A stretch of 32,000 nucleotides of DNA from Thermofilum pendens Hrk 5 (GTDB taxonomy: Archaea > Thermoproteota > Thermoprotei > Thermofilales > Thermofilaceae). Position 1 is the first letter of the stretch; every line of letters starts with the position of its first letter. The translations under genes and the position numbers were made by a program. This document shows, one piece after another, positions 31,919 through 32,000 of the stretch. The DNA is taken from assembly GCF_000015225.1 (NCBI RefSeq), contig NC_008698.1, forward strand, positions 1,749,890-1,781,889, written 5' to 3'. The notes below the pieces were generated by a model that did not search any database, was not told the DNA's origin, and worked only from the letters and a program-made list of their open reading frames with translations.

Positions 31919-32000
31919 CGCTTGCGACAATCCCGGGGGGGGGTACTCGCTGGATCTTCGGCGCGGTAGCCCGGGAAAAAGATAAATTCCCGGGGTGAGA

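Noticed and set aside
31961-31976. gcgcggtagcccggg resembles the 5' acceptor and D-arm start of an archaeal tRNA.
   Set aside because: The downstream sequence (aaaaagataaatt...) cannot form D, anticodon or T arms. There is no GTTCRAATC-like T-loop on either strand before the window ends.
1-32000. Scan by eye for CRISPR arrays, IS elements, integrases, tRNA-flanked islands, toxin-antitoxin pairs and known defence-system genes.
   Set aside because: I saw no regularly spaced direct repeats, terminal inverted repeats, or recombinase, transposase or nuclease-ATPase defence signatures. Composition and codon style look uniform across the window, consistent with core chromosome.

Overview
Gene-dense chromosomal segment (about 93% coding, roughly 57% GC) from a hyperthermophilic crenarchaeon. 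I support 31 protein-coding genes, including one edge-truncated gene at 1-1059 (-) that the supplied ORF track misses. I found no rRNA, tRNA, CRISPR array, transposase, integrase or obvious mobile element. Adjacent genes often overlap or sit 0-14 nt apart. First genes of transcription units have a GTTTTTAC-like TATA box about 27-33 nt upstream of the start codon, so they look leaderless. Internal genes have GAGGTGA-like Shine-Dalgarno sites. The superoxide reductase carries an E-T-H motif in place of the usual E-K-H. As far as I recall, this matches the lysine-less SOR of Ignicoccus hospitalis, so the source is tentatively an Ignicoccus-like member of the Desulfurococcales. Recognisable content: XPD helicase, Sua5, a tungsten-type aldehyde:ferredoxin oxidoreductase with a 4-cluster ferredoxin, MobB and MoeB/ThiF cofactor genes, SfsA, a short MetE-like enzyme, SppA, a class I disulfide reductase, several transporters, an AsnRS-like asparagine synthetase, an enolase-superfamily epimerase and ProC. 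The best candidates for undescribed biology are three. (1) 7746-8873: a four-CBS-domain protein whose C-terminus looks like a bacterial HPF/RaiA ribosome-hibernation domain. (2) 18894-23242: a translationally coupled four-gene operon of a GalU-like enzyme, a 12-TM protein, a small membrane protein with a conserved TM-helix region of the kind found at MscS N-termini, and a processive GT2 synthase with a QxxRW motif. This would be a synthase-dependent glycan system. (3) 27084-29291: a three-gene operon of unknown function containing a TM1367-type cyclophilin-like fusion protein. All functional calls rest on motif recognition by eye. No database search was possible.
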